This document shows positions 61,401 through 64,000 of a stretch of 64,000 bases of DNA, in pieces. This DNA comes from Chrysomallon squamiferum (Eukaryota; Animalia; Mollusca), in NCBI GenBank assembly GCA_012295275.1, contig CM022667.1:20274001-20338000 (forward strand). Direction: 5' to 3'. The notes beneath the pieces are model-generated. The model had not been told where the DNA came from. It made no database searches and saw only the letters and a list, made by a program, of their open reading frames with translations. Both the position numbers and the translations under genes were made by a program. Positions within the stretch are counted from its first letter, which is position 1. Each line of letters opens with the position of its first letter.

Positions 61401-63679
61401 ATATTAAAATTTGTTATTATACCATTTTAGAAGAAATATTTACAGTTTTAAAAACATTATGCTGGAAACTAACTACAAATTAGTTTTATTTTATTTTATT
61501 TGTTATTTCAGAAAGACTTTGTTACAATGTGCAACAATGCTGTCACCTATAATCGCCCTGAAACTATTTATTATAAGGAAGCAAAAACTTTTGCATTCTG
61601 GCCTCAAATTGATGAGCAAGGTATTAAATGGTGTTTTTAATTTAGTTCTTTTTATATTAATACAGACTAAAAGTGACATGTAGAAACTAGAATTGAATAA
61701 AAACATTTATTTATAACATTAATAAATGGCAAACATATTTGAAGTATCATGTTTTATTTTTGTTTTATAAAGTTTTCATGTGTTATTCTTGTTTTATAAA
61801 GTTTTCATGTTCTAATCACTGTGTTTTCAAAGGAAAAGCTGATGAACATGAAGAAGACCTTGCCATTCATGGCCAGCGTGACGAATGAAGAATTAGGAAT
61901 TGATGACAATGTTGCAGCTCCTGCTGAGATGGTAGCCATCATAGATGAGGAAGAGCAGAGAATGAAAGAATTAAAAAGACTTCAAAAGGTTAAAAATAGG
62001 TGAGATTTTTTGGAGACATTGAAGTACATCAATACAATATGTTTCAAAAGGTTTTAAACTATTGTATTTTTTTAAACAAATACATTATAATTTTGTCATT
62101 TTCTGTTTAGCACTGATTTAAGAAATTCAAAACAAAATTAACATATTCTTGGCATTTGTAACTTTAGAACTATTTAACATTAACACTTTTTCAGAATATT
62201 ACAAATATGATTTGAAGTAATGTATTTAATTATCACAATAAATAACACCAAAATGGTTTAACATTCATTTTTTCTTTCCTGCAGTTACATTCTTTTTAAA
62301 AAATTTTTTTTAATTATTACTATTATTTTTTTTTATTAATCTAAAGTCTAAGTCGCTTTGAGGCTATTCCTGATAACCTGACAGCAGACGAAATCTTAGC
62401 TCAGGCACAAGCAGCAGCCAGAGAGGCGAAGGAAGAGTTAACTCTCAGAAAACCACAGTGTCAGGTGAGATTTGTATCAGTGATTTATTATTTTAAATAG
62501 AAACAAATATTTTTATTGATAATAAACCATCATTTCTAAAGGCCAAGAAGACATGAAAATATTTGTGTTCTGTTAGTTCTTGAGATGTTTAAAATGCCAT
62601 GAAAAATGGATAATCATGATTTTTATTATGATGTTATCAAAATGTTAGTTTTCAAAATGACTTAGTTCTGAGTTCTGGAATGTTAAATTTTTCATTCTTT
62701 TTTTTTTTTCAAGTTTGGTTTCCTAAACAGAAAATCTGATGGATCAACTACAATGTCAATACTCAATCCAGACAATGATGGAATAGGTTTGTAGTATTTT
62801 GTCTCTAGCTTTGACTAAATCATCTTTAACTTAGATCTATTACAGTAGACAAGTTACTCTTTATGTTCAATTTATTGCTGCATATAGAAATAATTAAAAA
62901 CTGAAATTCATAATTAAGACAAATAAATATAATTGTAATTTAGAAATTTCGATTATTACCTATAGTCTGTTCAGACTGAATAGCTAAGCTTGGTATTTGG
63001 AGTTTTTCTTGCTTCAATACAAAATAAAATAATTCTGAATTAAATGAAAATATCCTGAAGATTAAACAATAATTTTTGAAATGTTTATTTTAAATGGGAT
63101 TTTTTGATAACTGGTTTAGATAATTGGGAAACATGCTGTATAATTGTAACTTTAATGCATTCTTTTATGCTTAGTTGGAGAAAATGAGAAGATTGTGTCC
63201 TTAGGTGAACTCACTGGCAAAGTAAGCATGGGAACCGGTTCTATAGCTGGTTTCAAGGAGGATAAGAGAAATAAAGTTTCTTTAGGTAAATATTAATTTT
63301 AGTATGTTTTTTTTCTTACAGTTAATTTACAAATTCCCTGTTACATTCATGGATAACTACATTGTATATATTACACAGGAAACATACTAATTTAAAACAC
63401 TCATAGATGCATGCACTGAAACATGCGTGCAAACACACACATGATAACCTAGTATGTTGAGTTGAAACAGTAATTATCAGAAATAATAACATTAAATACA
63501 TTTTTGTCATGGAAATCACTGTTTTCAAAATGAATTATTCCAGTGACATACCTCAACTATGGACCGTTCAGCAGCTATGCTCCCCAGTATGATGCTTCTT
63601 TTGCCAATGTGAGCAAAGAGGAATCGGATATTTTGCTTTCTGCCTATGGTGATGAAACTGGAATACAGTATGCTAAAAG
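58471..63679 (+). CDS. BRD7: Bromodomain-containing protein 7/9 (BAF-complex subunit), at least 10 exons, continues beyond the window; two apparent frameshifts
   Basis: Exons 58471-58528 (MGKKHKKHKSEK), 59860-60056 (EKPLKLVLKVG), 60460-60703, 61024-61168 (KDVNGFFAFPVTDAIAPGYS..I...MDFST, bromodomain), 61512-61620, 61833-61999, 62347-62464, 62714-62786, 63175-63285 (GFKEDKRNKV) and 63544-63679 (YLNYGPFSSYAPQYD, DUF3512). Cannot distinguish BRD7 from BRD9; probably the single pro-ortholog. Confidence 0.92.
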
Positions 63680-64000
63680 GTAGATATAAAAAAAATGGCT
63701 GCCATTCATGATGACATCATTAATTTTATTTATCACTGATTATTTAATCTGAAATGTTTGGCAATTCTGATTGGATGGGTCTAGTAGGAAATAACTTGTT
63801 CTTTTTCATTAGATCAGAGAAATCTTTTAGATTGAAAAATGTATTCTGGGGCTTTGATAATCAGACAAGGGGAACTAGCTGTGTCAGATGCATTGTACCC
63901 AGCTTTCTAAAATCTATAAATATGTTTGCAATCTTAACTGAGTTGATTTTAATGTTACAGTAACAGTTTTAAGAACTTTTGAAATTAATATTAAGATTAA

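Overview
AT-rich, microsatellite-dense, intron-containing animal genomic DNA, most likely a lophotrochozoan (mollusc-like); not prokaryotic. Most short ORFs in the supplied track are microsatellite noise. Reading splice sites by hand gives seven genes: (1) the 5' end of a minus-strand signal-peptide gene resembling molluscan Toll-like receptors (runs off the left edge, missed by the ORF track); (2) a Friend-of-GATA/U-shaped (ZFPM) gene whose 40-nt first coding exon (MSRRKQSNPKPLK, NuRD-binding motif) lies 14.9 kb upstream of the rest; (3) NipSnap (minus); (4) V-ATPase subunit d (ATP6V0D1); (5) glycine cleavage H protein (GCSH, minus); (6) an SLC52 riboflavin transporter (minus); (7) BRD7/BRD9 (runs off the right edge). 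The most striking unexplained structure is a series of CpG-rich islands packed with GATA sites across ~20 kb upstream of and within intron 1 of the FOG gene, suggesting a GATA->FOG feedback enhancer array, possibly shared with the divergent Toll-like gene. Also noted: gene content matching the human 16q/8q/5p/20 paralogous regions, tandem repeats that copy AG|GT splice acceptors, a GC-AG intron, three homopolymer frameshifts (probably assembly errors) and several MITEs. Coordinates and motif counts were made by eye and may be off by a few bases or sites.
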